A stretch of DNA of 64,000 bases from positions 8,370,001 through 8,434,000 of the forward strand of contig OZ024761.1 of assembly GCA_964016885.1 (NCBI GenBank). The letters are read 5' to 3'. The stretch is from Eledone cirrhosa (taxonomy: Eukaryota). The position numbers and the translations under genes are program-made. The notes beneath the pieces were generated by a model. It was not told the origin of the DNA. It was given only the letters and a program-made list of their open reading frames with translations, and ran no database searches. Below are positions 26,810-38,332 of this stretch, in pieces; position 1 is the stretch's first letter; each line of letters begins with the position of its first letter.

Positions 26810-26977
26810 TATCTCCTCCTGTTTGCTGAGATCGAAGTGAGTGAATTTGTCACTACTTTAAAACAATAGCTTACGGTCTTCAAAATGCTTTTAATTAAGC
26901 ATAAAGTGTATTGCAAAATACATTATATTTACATCCATATATATATTGCTATTTCAGAGCTACAATTCTAATTTTTA

Positions 26978-27009
<32 letters not shown>

Positions 27010-27106
27010 ATATATATATATGTGTATATATATATATATATGTGTATATATGTATATATATATGTGTGTGTATATATGTATATATATATATATGTGTATA
27101 TATGTG

Positions 27107-27161
<55 letters not shown>

Positions 27162-27220
27162 ATATATGTATATATATATATATATGTGTGTGTATATATG
27201 TATATATATATGTGTGTGTA

Positions 27221-27258
<38 letters not shown>

Positions 27259-27280
27259 AGTGTGTGTATATATATATATA

Positions 27281-28063
27281 TAGTGGACAGCTTCCGTTAC
27301 CTGGGCGATAAAATCAGCAGTGGGGGAGGGTGCTCTGAAAGTACTGTAGCTAGAGTCAGAACTGGTTGGAAAAAGTTCAGAGAGCTTATACCACTATTAG
27401 CTGCTAAAGGGTTCTCCCTAAAAATGAAAGGCAGGTTGTACGATGCCTGCATACGAACAGCAATGCTGCATGGCAGTGAGACCTGGGCATTGTGTGCAGA
27501 GGATATACGCAGACTAGAGAGGAACGAAGCTTGCATGCTCCGCTGGATGTGTAACAGTAATATACGTGAACGGCAAAGCATAAACGAACTAAGGAAAAAA
27601 TTAGAGACAAGAGGGATCAGATGTTGTTTACTCGAGAGAAGGCTACGTTGGTATGGACACGTGATGCGCATGAAAGTCGATAGCTGTATAACAAAGTGCA
27701 GGGCAATAAAGATAGACGGTAGTCACGGAATAGGCAGACCTAGAAAAACCTGGGACGAGCTGATAAACTCCGACATCACACACTTACACCTCTCCAAGAC
27801 AATGTCACTGGACCGAGACCTTTGGTGTCACGACAAAAAAACACACAGTCCACGCTGTAATGTGGCCGTGTAGGCAACACGGTAAAAACCTCCCAGACCC
27901 ACACTGTAAATGTGGTTGGTGTTAGGAAGGGCATCCAACTGTAGAAAACCTGCCAGACAGTCCTATGCGAGCAAGACAATCACTCTTGCCTCAAGTGGGA
28001 CTACCCCCGTCCAAACCCATGCAAGCGTGGAACACGGACGTTAAACGTTGATGATGATGATGA
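27281..28063 (+). mobile_element. 5'-truncated RTE LINE with an internal deletion at ~27826
   Basis: VDSFRYLGD...LHGSETW...[11 protein letters not shown]...GRPRKTW, near-identical to the 57504-59757 copy, with a (TGA)n tail. Confidence 0.92.
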
Positions 28064-28217
28064 TATATATGTGTGTAGATATATGTATATATATATGTGT
28101 GTGTGTGTATATATGTATATATATATATATATATGTGTGTGTGTATATATGTATATATATGTGTGTGTGTATATATGTGTATATATATATATGTGTGTAT
28201 ATATGTGTATATATATA

Positions 28218-28602
28218 TGTATTTGGGAGCAAAGATTGGGAATACGGAAGATGATGTGGTTGAGAGGAAGAGCAAGGCCTGGGCGGCGTGCCACAGCTTG
28301 AGATCGGTGTGGAAGTCGGACCTTCGTAGAGACCTGAAAATCCGCCTCTTCATTGCTGTAGTGGAGTCTGTGCTGCTGTATGGGTCTGAGACTTGGACAC
28401 TGACCAAGAAACTCACTCAGATGGTGGATGGCTGCTACACGAGAATGTTGAGGGTGGCTCTGAACATTAATCAGTATACACTGAGGATGAAAAACTCAGA
28501 GCTGTATGGGAGCATCCCAAAAGTCAGCTCAAAAGTGACACAGAGGAGACTGAGGTTAGCTGGACATGCTTACCAACATCCAGAGTTGACATTGCACTCA
28601 GT
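28218..28602 (+). mobile_element. LINE (RTE-like, different family) RT C-terminal fragment
   Basis: YLGAKI...[22 protein letters not shown]...RRLRLAGH. Confidence 0.85.
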
Positions 28603-29238
28603 ACACACATATATATATATATATAGTAATATATATACACACACAAACATATATATAGTAATATATACACACACACAAACATATATATAGTAATATATAC
28701 ACACACACACATATATATAGTAATATATACACACACACACATATATATAGTAATATATACACACACACACATATATATAGTAATATATACACACACACAC
28801 ATATATATATATAGTAATATATACACACACACACACATATATATATAGTAATATATACACACACACACACATATATATATATAGTAATATATACACACAC
28901 ACACACACATATATATATAGTAATATATACACACACACACACATATATATATAGTAATATATACACACACACACACATATATATATATAGTAATATATAC
29001 ACACACACACACATATACATATATAGTAATATACACACACACACACATATATATATAGTAATATATACACACACACACACATATATATATAGTAATATAT
29101 ACACACACACACACATATATATATATAGTAATATATACACACACACACACATATATATATAGTAATATATACACACACACACATATATATATAGTAATAT
29201 ATACACACACACACACACATATATATATAGTAATATAT

Positions 29239-29286
<48 letters not shown>

Positions 29287-29292
29287 ATATAT

Positions 29293-29325
<33 letters not shown>

Positions 29326-29334
29326 GTAATATAT

Positions 29335-29367
<33 letters not shown>

Positions 29368-29442
29368 GTAATATATACACACACACACATATATATATAG
29401 TAATATACACACACACACACACGCACACATATATATATAGTA

Positions 29443-29487
<45 letters not shown>

Positions 29488-29520
29488 CATATATATATAT
29501 AGTAATATATACACACACAT
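28603..29520. repeat. Compound minisatellite TAGTAATATATA(CA)n(TA)n
   Basis: Seen directly. Confidence 0.92.
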
Positions 29521-29800
29521 CATCATCATCATCATCACCATTTTACGTCCGTTCTTCCACGCTAGCATGGGTTAGACGGGTTGTCCTGTTGTGGGCAGTG
29601 TCTGGTCGGCTGACCATGCCTTGCTCATACAGGAACTGATTTGGCTTGATTTCTACAGCTGGATGCCCTTCCTAACACCAACCTCATTTACAGTGAGTGC
29701 TGGGTGCTTTTTCGTGGCGCCTACACGTCCACTTTACAGTGTGGGCTGGGTGCTTTTTTGCCGTGGCACCTCCACGACCACCTTGCAGTGGGGGCATATT
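29521..29800 (-). mobile_element. SINE 3' portion with RTE-type tail
   Basis: Homologous to 38165-38330. Confidence 0.7.
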
Positions 29801-29881
29801 GTCTATATATATATATAGTAATATATACACACACACATATATATATATAATAATATATACACACACACACATATACATATA

Positions 29882-30738
29882 CAGGGTGAGGACGATATTT
29901 GTTCGCAATTTTCAACTGCTAATTTTATGCAAATTTTTTTACTTCCGTTGTCACTTGTCTTCATAAAAACAGTGACTATATTTCCATTATTTATTTTCAG
30001 AATAATTGATTATGAATAATTTTGAACTCCAAATTTGTGGAAGAGACACGGAGTTCTTCTTGGAATCCACGCCGGGAGGACAAATAAGACCAGAAGATCA
30101 ACTCCCAGAACAACATGTGGCTCGCTGTCTCATCCAAAGACGTGCCCAGAGTCATGCAGACAAAGTTTCCAGCGACAACATTGGTCTTAGGTGTCGTCAG
30201 CAGTCAAGGTGACGTCATGCCACCTCACTTCTTCCCTGAGGGCCTCAAGCTGAACACCGATGGCTACATCCCCGTTCTGAGCGAGGTAGTAAAGCCCTGG
30301 ATCGACCAGGTAGCTGCAGGTAGGCCGTACGTGTGGAAGCAAGACTCAGCACCCTGCCACACGTACGGCCTACCTGCAGCTACCACACTTCACCTGACAT
30401 CTGGCCTCCCAGCTCGCCTGACTCCAACCCCCTAGACTTCTTTGTGTAGGGCGCAGTGGAATGAGACACCAACAGATCTAGCTGCAATACGAAAGACGAT
30501 CTGAAGGCCAAGATCACAAGTGCCTTTAGGGGCCTAAGTCGGGGAACAGTGACGAAGGCCTGTAGCCGGTTCCGAGGCCGCCTTGAGGCCGTCATCAAAG
30601 CCAATGGCGGGTTTACTGAATGAAATTAAAAGAACAAGTCATGAAGACAAACTGACCCAAATATATCTTAAGAAATAAAACTGGTGTGTTATTTTTTCCT
30701 AGACAGTAATCTTGCGAACAAATATCGTCCGCACCCTG
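29882..30738 (+). mobile_element. Tc1/mariner-superfamily (maT/DD37D-like) transposon, internally deleted
   Basis: TA-flanked TIRs CAGGGTG[A/C]GGACGATATTTGTTCGCAA. Transposase remnants VWKQDSAPCH, WPPSSPDSNPLDFF and ACSRFRGRLEAVIKANGG, with stops and frameshifts. Confidence 0.88.
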
Positions 30739-30756
30739 TATATATATATATAATAT

Positions 30757-30807
<51 letters not shown>

Positions 30808-30831
30808 GCATGTGTGTGTGTATATATATAT

Positions 30832-30937
30832 AAACAAATAGTAGAAAAAGATTTTTTCAGTAGAAATTTGTAAATAAATTAATGTTTTGATATTTCACTG
30901 AAAAAATAAATCTTTTTCCTTTCTACTATTTGTTTTT
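30832..30937. repeat. ~105-bp AT-rich hairpin element, second copy at ~42207-42317
   Basis: AAACAAATAGTAGAAA..AGATTTTTTCAGT / ACTGAAAAAA..ATCT..TTTCTACTATTTGTTT. Confidence 0.7.
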
Positions 30938-31815
30938 TATACTTTTCTACATATATATATGTATATATAATATACATAAATATATATGTATATATAGTAT
31001 ATAATGTATATATATAATATATATATGTATATATAATATATAAATATAATATATATATGTATATATAATATAATATATATATGTATATATAATATATAAT
31101 ATATCTATATAATATATATAATATATATATGTATATATAATATATCTATATAATATATAATATATATATGTATATATAATATATCTATATAATATATAAT
31201 ATATATATGTATATATAATATATATATGTATATATAATATATAATATATCTATATAATATATATATGTATATATAATATATCTATATAATATATAATATA
31301 TCTATATAATATATAATATATCTATATAATATATATAATATATCTATATAATATATATAATATATCTATATAATATATATAATATATATATGTATATATA
31401 ATATATAATATATCTATATAATATATATAAATAATATATATATGTATATATATGTATATATATATATATATATATATAAATAATATATATATATATATGT
31501 ATATATAATATACATATATATATATGTATATAAAATATATATATATATATGTATATAAAATATATAGATATGTATATATAATATATATATATATATGTAT
31601 ATATAATATATATATATATATGTATATATAATATACATATATATAACCCATGCTAGCGTGGAAAATGGACGTTAAACGAAGATGATGAGATGATGATATA
31701 TATGTATATATATTATATATATATGTATATATATTATATATATAATATAAAATCAAAAGATGGTTAAAATATTTCCATGTATTTTATTATGCGCATTTCA
31801 AAAACATCTAATATA

Positions 31816-31857
<42 letters not shown>

Positions 31858-32071
31858 TGTATATATAATATACATATATATATATGTATATACAATATAC
31901 ATATATATATATATAATATAAGACCCGTCCCACCCTTGCAAGCAGGGAAAAGCGGACGTAAAATGATGATGATGATGATGATGATGATATATGTATATAT
32001 AATATATATATATATATGTATATATAATATATATATATATATATGTATATATAATATATATATATATATAT

Positions 32072-32786
32072 TGGATGTGTAACAGTAATATACGTGAACG
32101 GCAAAGCATAAACGAACTAAGGAAAAAATTAGAGATAAGAGGGATCAGATGTTGTTTACTCGAGAGAAGGCTACGTTGGTATGGTCACGTGATGCGCATG
32201 AAAGACGACAGCTGTATAACAAAGTGCAGGGCAATAAAGATAGACGGTAGTCACGGAATAGGCAGACCTAGAAAAACCTGGGACGAGCTGATAAACTCCG
32301 ACATCACACACTTACACCTCTCCAAGACAATGTCACTGGACCGAGACCTTTGGCGGTACTCAGTAACAGAGAAGACCCGCCTTACCTAAATATATAGTAA
32401 AACCTACTCCAGCCAGTAGGCATCTCTAACAAAATACACCCCGTCCCACCACCACCACCCCCACCCCATCCACACCACCCCGTTCTATGTAAAGTTATGT
32501 TGGTGCCGCGCCATCCAGGCCGAAACGAATGAGATCGTGTAGGTGTCACGACAAAAAAAACACACAGTCCACGCTGTAATGTGGCCGTGTAGGCAACATG
32601 GTAAAAACCTCCCAGACCCACACTGTAAATGTGGTTGGTGTTACGAAGGGCATCCAACTGTAGAAAACCTGCCAGACAGTCCTATGCGAGCAAGACAATC
32701 ACTCTTGCCTCAAGTGGGACTACCCCCGTCCAAACCCATGCAAGCGTGGAACACGGACGTTAAACGTTGATGATGATGATGATGAT
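32072..32786 (+). mobile_element. 5'-truncated RTE LINE 3' end
   Basis: [10 protein letters not shown]...[15 protein letters not shown], followed by the full 3' UTR and (TGA)n tail. Confidence 0.92.
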
Positions 32787-32799
32787 ATATGTATATATA

Positions 32800-32861
<62 letters not shown>

Positions 32862-32967
32862 ATATATAATATATATATATATATATATGTATATATAATA
32901 TATATATATATAATATATATATATAATATATATATATATAATATATATATATATATATAATATATAT

Positions 32968-33013
<46 letters not shown>

Positions 33014-33307
33014 ATATATAATATATATATATATATATATAATATATATATATATATATGTATATATAATATATATATATAATATATAATATATATATAT
33101 ATATATGTATATATAATATATATATATATATATATGTATATATAATATATATATATATATATATGTATATATAATATATAATATATATATATATATATGT
33201 ATATATAATATATATATATATATATATGTATATATAATATATATATATATATATGTATATATAATATATAATATATATATATATATATGTATATATAATA
33301 TATATAA

Positions 33308-33498
33308 ATAATTGTTTCTACTTTTGGCACAAGGCCAGCAATTACCCAGTACATTACTGGTACTGTATTTTATCGCGACCCTATAAGGATGAAAGGCAAA
33401 GTTAATCTCGGCTGCATTTGAACTCAGAATTGCAAGGGCCGTAACTCTATGCATCAAAGCATGGCGTCCGACCCTCTACCGATACTGCCAATTCACTG
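33308..33498 (-). mobile_element. tRNA-derived SINE (Meta-domain-like); related copies at ~44685-44835 and ~48722-49045
   Basis: Minus-strand A/B-box-like head (GGCAGTATCGGTAG...GAGTTCAAAT) followed by ACTTTGCCTTTCATCCTT. Confidence 0.7.
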
Positions 33499-33519
33499 AT
33501 ATATAATATATATAAATAA

Positions 33520-33574
<55 letters not shown>

Positions 33575-33754
33575 TAAATAATATATATATATATATGTAT
33601 ATATATATAATATATATAAATAATATATATATATATATATTATTTATATATATATAATATATATAAATAATATATATATATATGTATATATAATATATAT
33701 AAATAATATATATATATGTATATATAATATATATAAATAATATATATATATATA

Positions 33755-36700
33755 GTTGTTATATAGTCAGGTGCAATATTGGTTGTGTAAAATGGTCCAA
33801 TAAATTTATGTTAGCAATATTAAGTTATCCACGCTTTTGTATATCTCCAATTCCATTCGAGGGAACAGCTAGATGATGTAAAACGGAGTATAAGTATCAA
33901 AATGAAAATCCGAAGGCAAGGTAAAATTCCAATCATTTAATCACGACACATGTTTCAATAAGAGATAGATCGATTGTGAAGCCATGATCGATTATCACTG
34001 ATCTCATCAGGTGAAAATGAATTGTCTTCAAATTCTTGATATGAGGGAGAAAAATAACGATGTTCTCTCACAGAATTCATTCCCTCATATGGAGACACAC
34101 CAGTCAGAGACACGGCAACTGCTATTAACTTCAGCTGAGGTCATAAAAGTTGTCAGATTTCTATTGCTGCAAAAGACGCTGGACGTCAATCAATTCTGTA
34201 GGGATACAGTCGGTCACAGTTACTCCACACCCCCATACACCGGCTCGAGGTCAAAGAAAAATATATACATATATATACACACATCAACACAGTATTAAAC
34301 CTGTAGAGTTAGTGTGGGTGGGTACACACACACTCTCACACACACCGAAGCGATGTCCGAGAAAAAACAAATATAAGAAAACAAATATAATAAAACAAAT
34401 ATAAGAATGTACCAACACAGCACTCACCGAAAGTTAGTTCACAAAACAACAGAAGCTATATTGGGTTAACTAACACCCCACAGACACACACACACACACA
34501 CACACAAGCAAGTAAGTTCAGTTCAGTGTTCTGCTATACGTGTATAGATTGAATTGTAACATCCATATCTTCAAGTGTATGTTATGGTATATACACATCT
34601 GAATCGTCCAAAAAAGGGTATGTCTGGGTATATACACATCCATGTGAAGAGCAAGCAATCAGCTCATATCGAACTCAGTATGTACCGCTGTCCCATTGAG
34701 AATCCGAGTCACCAAAACCGTGCGTGCAAGCAACTGCAATGTAGGCCAGCAAAGGGCTCCGTGTAGGGTTGGGTATTGGGTAAATGCGTCCGTAAGTGCG
34801 ATTTCCTGTCAAATGGGCCAATGAGCTTTTAAGATAGCTGTTTGAGTGGTGGAGGTGTGCTATCCAACACAGAAGGTGAAGTAAAAAAACACAGGATAGT
34901 AAAATCCAAAGGATGTGTGTAGGCCCATTAATGGTGTGTCAGTATTATTGTTCAATCCGTAACAGTGAGTCCTCCATGGTTAGATGATCACGGATCAAAA
35001 CCTGGTGTAGTGTTCACTCGGTAGGATTGACAGTCGTAATTGTGGGAGCTCAATGTCTAAAGGAAGCGGGTACTGTGTGTAGAGTTATGTATAGAGAGTG
35101 TAATCGGTCCTAACTAAGTGTGTAAAACGACTAGCTATATCCCAACTGAGAGAACTCAATGGGTAGGGTATCTTAAAGTAAAGGTAGGTGTGCGTAATCG
35201 GTCATGTCTGAGTGTGCAATCAATTACTAACTAGATATACTAAGTGTGTAATCAATCTAACTATTTACTAGCTAGGTATTCTAAAAAAGTGCACTCAGCT
35301 GTGAGAACTCCGTGGAAACAGGCCGAGTATCATTTGTAAGTGCGCAAACAATCTTAGCCGTCCAACTACCTGAGTGTGTGACTGTCTGTTTTTTGAGAGA
35401 ACTCTATGGCTAAAGTAGAGAGGGAGGAGTTAGTGGTAGGTTACCTTCCAAAAATCCTGCGGAAGGTTTTCAAGGTTCTATGTTGGAAGTTGCTGAAAAA
35501 ATCTGCTCTCCTATTAATTAATAGGGGGCCACCTCTAATAATATTAAAAGTTTCAGCTATACATAAATTGCAGACGCCAGTGCTGCCGTTATAAGGTTGG
35601 GCTGAGCAAACTATGGACCAGGATAAGGAGTGCTCTATATTCTGATGTTTAAGTTTCCAGACTAATTCAGAAAGTGCCGTGCTATTTTTTTTATCTAATC
35701 TATTAAAGGTATGGCGGTGATTATACCATCTATCCTTAAATTCCGTAGCAGTTGCCCCAACATACCTAAAGGTTCTATCAGGAGTGGAGACCTTACAGTC
35801 ATAGACTATGTTTTTGGTAAGGCATTTACCAGTCATGGGGCAGGTGGCGGTGCGTCTGCAGTTACATTTTTTGCTATAGACCTGGGTAGTTCCAGATGGA
35901 CCACGGTACCTTTGGGGTCGGGTCCCAGTTCCTGACTGCTCTATGGGTAAATTCCCTGGGGTTGGGGAGACCCGACTCGCCTCACGTGTATGAGTCAGTT
36001 CCTCAATAGAGCTGCCATTGTTCCTGCCATGCCTAAATCTCTCTTGGGCTGTCTTAAGTCTACTATAATTCATCTTAGCTATATTTTGAGCTATGTTACT
36101 AGTTGTGGAGTAGGATAGCTTGATGGTATTTCTATTGAATATTTTATAATATCTGTGTGATCTAGGGAAGCATTTGTCTAAGGCCCTAAAGAAAAGGTTA
36201 GCTATACTAGTGGTCAGGCCAGTGGAGTAAGGGGGATTATACCACAGGACTTTTCTGGTCCAATGCCTCTTGTTTTTACTAACTATATTAGAATTACCTG
36301 TCTCCCTAGTAGTTACTGGTCTATTGTAACTGGAAATTGCCTGTGGGTCGATGGTGTCCTGGGGTGCTACAATTGTGTTCGGAATCGTCCCAAGTCTCCA
36401 GGGTGGTGTACCCCCGTGCAGCCAATGGGGTTACCCTCGATAGCCGGGGTTGTATCCACTCTGCGTCTGCTACACCTGTCCCTATTCCCCTTACTCGACC
36501 CTCGTTCCTTACTGCGTTCAACGGTAGTTTTATCGGTTCCACAATTAAGGTTACCATTAGAGTTTCCGCTGGCGTTACGTTGCTCAGACCCCGTGTTAGT
36601 ACCTGGGTGGTTGTTTCTATTGGTACCAACAGCATTGGGACTAGGCGGCAATGCAACATGAAGTCTATATAAATCCTCCCTCGTATTACGCCTGCTGTTA

Positions 36701-37546
36701 ACTAGAGTGTCACTATTTAGGCCTAATCTATCGCAGGCAATGTTGCTTTTACTATTTAATGGACATTTGAATGAGATTCCCTCGCTATGCCCCGCGCATT
36801 CCAGGGCGCTATTATAGTAATTCGAGATCTTATTAAAGGTATCTTCATTGGAAGATAGTCCTGAAATTCTACTAGAGACGTTTTTGGTAATACCATTAGT
36901 GACTATTCTAGCGGGGTTCGATTTTGCATTGACATAGTTTAGATTCTCGTTGGGTTTGTGGTAGGGTTGGAAGAGTCCTGAATTGAGGTTAAGTGTAACA
37001 TCTAGAAAATTAACTATCTTTAAGTTCTCTTCAAATACTATACTTAGGTCTAAGTTCTTGAAGAATTTGCTAAGTTTTTTCCTCACCCTCTCTACCATAC
37101 TATTATTATGGAACGACACAGTAAACAAAACGTTGTCACGGTAAGCACCGCCTCCCAAGTGGGGCATTTCCACTCCAAGACAGTCAAGGAGGTAAAGGCC
37201 CACCAGATCCGTCACCTGGGCCGAGTCCGTGGATCCCATGGTGATGTCGAAATTGTCTGACCAATCCTTCCTGGTCCACAGGTCACCGTTGAACTCGATT
37301 AAGGTTTTCCTAGCTAGGAGAATAATGCTAATTTCTTCGGATGTAAGGTCGGTGTGTAAGCTAGCAAAGTTAAGGGCCCTACCTAGAAGAGTTGGAGAGA
37401 TTGAAGAGTAGTAATTAGAGATATCGAACTGTATAAACTTAGTGCTATTCTTATTCTGCAATTTCTCAAACCAGTTAATTACCTCACTAGTTCCTGACCA
37501 CAACTTGAGCTTCGATCTCCTAACTAGAGTGGGGATTATTTTATCT
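33755..37546 (-). mobile_element. Penelope-like element, Naiad-type (RT + GIY-YIG, long 3' region with HHR), 5'-truncated and defective
   Basis: RT ORF 37503-36367 (QFDISNYYSSIS, FDITMGSTDSAQVTDLVG, AYRDN, NFLDVTLNL). The second frame is open ~36429-35441 (RKVLWYNPPYS, CNC..CP..GKCL..NIVY, RYVG, RWYNH, CNLC). One frameshift. Confidence 0.92.
33941..34014 (-). ncRNA. Hammerhead ribozyme in the PLE 3' pseudo-LTR region
   Basis: UCAC-CUGAUGA-(long stem II)-GAAAC-AUGU-GUC/GUGA. Confidence 0.75.
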
Positions 37547-37692
37547 ATATATATATGTATATCTATATATGTATATTTTATATATATATATGTATATATA
37601 ATATATATAAATAATATATATATATATATATATGTATATCTATATATGTATATTTTATATATATATATGTATATATAATATATATAAATAAT

Positions 37693-37749
<57 letters not shown>

Positions 37750-37780
37750 TATATATGTATATATAATATATATAAATAAT

Positions 37781-37832
<52 letters not shown>

Positions 37833-37905
37833 TATATATATATATCTATATATGTATATTTTATATATATATATGTATATATAATATATATAAATAATAT
37901 ATATA

Positions 37906-37943
<38 letters not shown>

Positions 37944-37993
37944 TATATATAAATAATATATATAAATAATATATATAAATAATATATATATGA

Positions 37994-38332
37994 AGGCACA
38001 TGGCTTAGTGGTTAGAGCATTGGCCTTGCAATCGAAAGGTTGTGAGTTCAATTCTCAGACCGGGTGATGTGTTGTTTCCTTGAGCAAGACACTTTATTTC
38101 ACATTGCTCCAGTTTACTCAGCTGTAGAAATGAGATGATGGGGATTGGGGTCCCTATCATTCCACTGCAAAGTGGTCGTGGAGGTGCCACGGCAAAAAAG
38201 CACCCAGCACTCACTGTAAATGAGGTTGGTGTTAGGAAGGGCATCCAGCTGTAGAAATCATGCCAGCATCAGTTTCCGTCCCACCCTTGCAAGCAGGGAA
38301 AAGTGGACGTAAAAAGAAATGATGAAATGATA
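37994..38332 (+). mobile_element. tRNA-derived CORE-like SINE with RTE-type 3' tail
   Basis: A box TGGCTTAGTGG, B box GAGTTCAATTC, CORE-like TCCTTGAGCAAGACACTT, and (TGA) tail. Confidence 0.85.

Larger units (their letters stand above)
24849..26977 (-). mobile_element. Retrozyme-like tandem array of 317-bp units, each with an HHR (5.2 units on - strand, then ~1.5 inverted units)
   Basis: Unit starts at 24849, 25166, 25483, 25797, 26114 and 26431; inversion at ~26500. Flanked by (TA)n and has no meaningful ORF. Confidence 0.85.

Noticed and set aside
28524-33457. Numerous IYIY/CVCV ORFs here and across the window
   Set aside because: Dinucleotide microsatellite artefacts.
35441-37503. Selenocysteine recoding or a programmed frameshift in the Naiad-type ORF
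   Set aside because: The break is a TAG/TAA frame overlap rather than an in-frame TGA, and the copy also has a mutated catalytic Asp, so decay is the simpler explanation.
37994-38070. tRNA-like sequence with A and B boxes (also at 46763, 47260 and 50205)
   Set aside because: Runs directly into a CORE-like domain and LINE tail, so these are SINE heads rather than tRNA genes.
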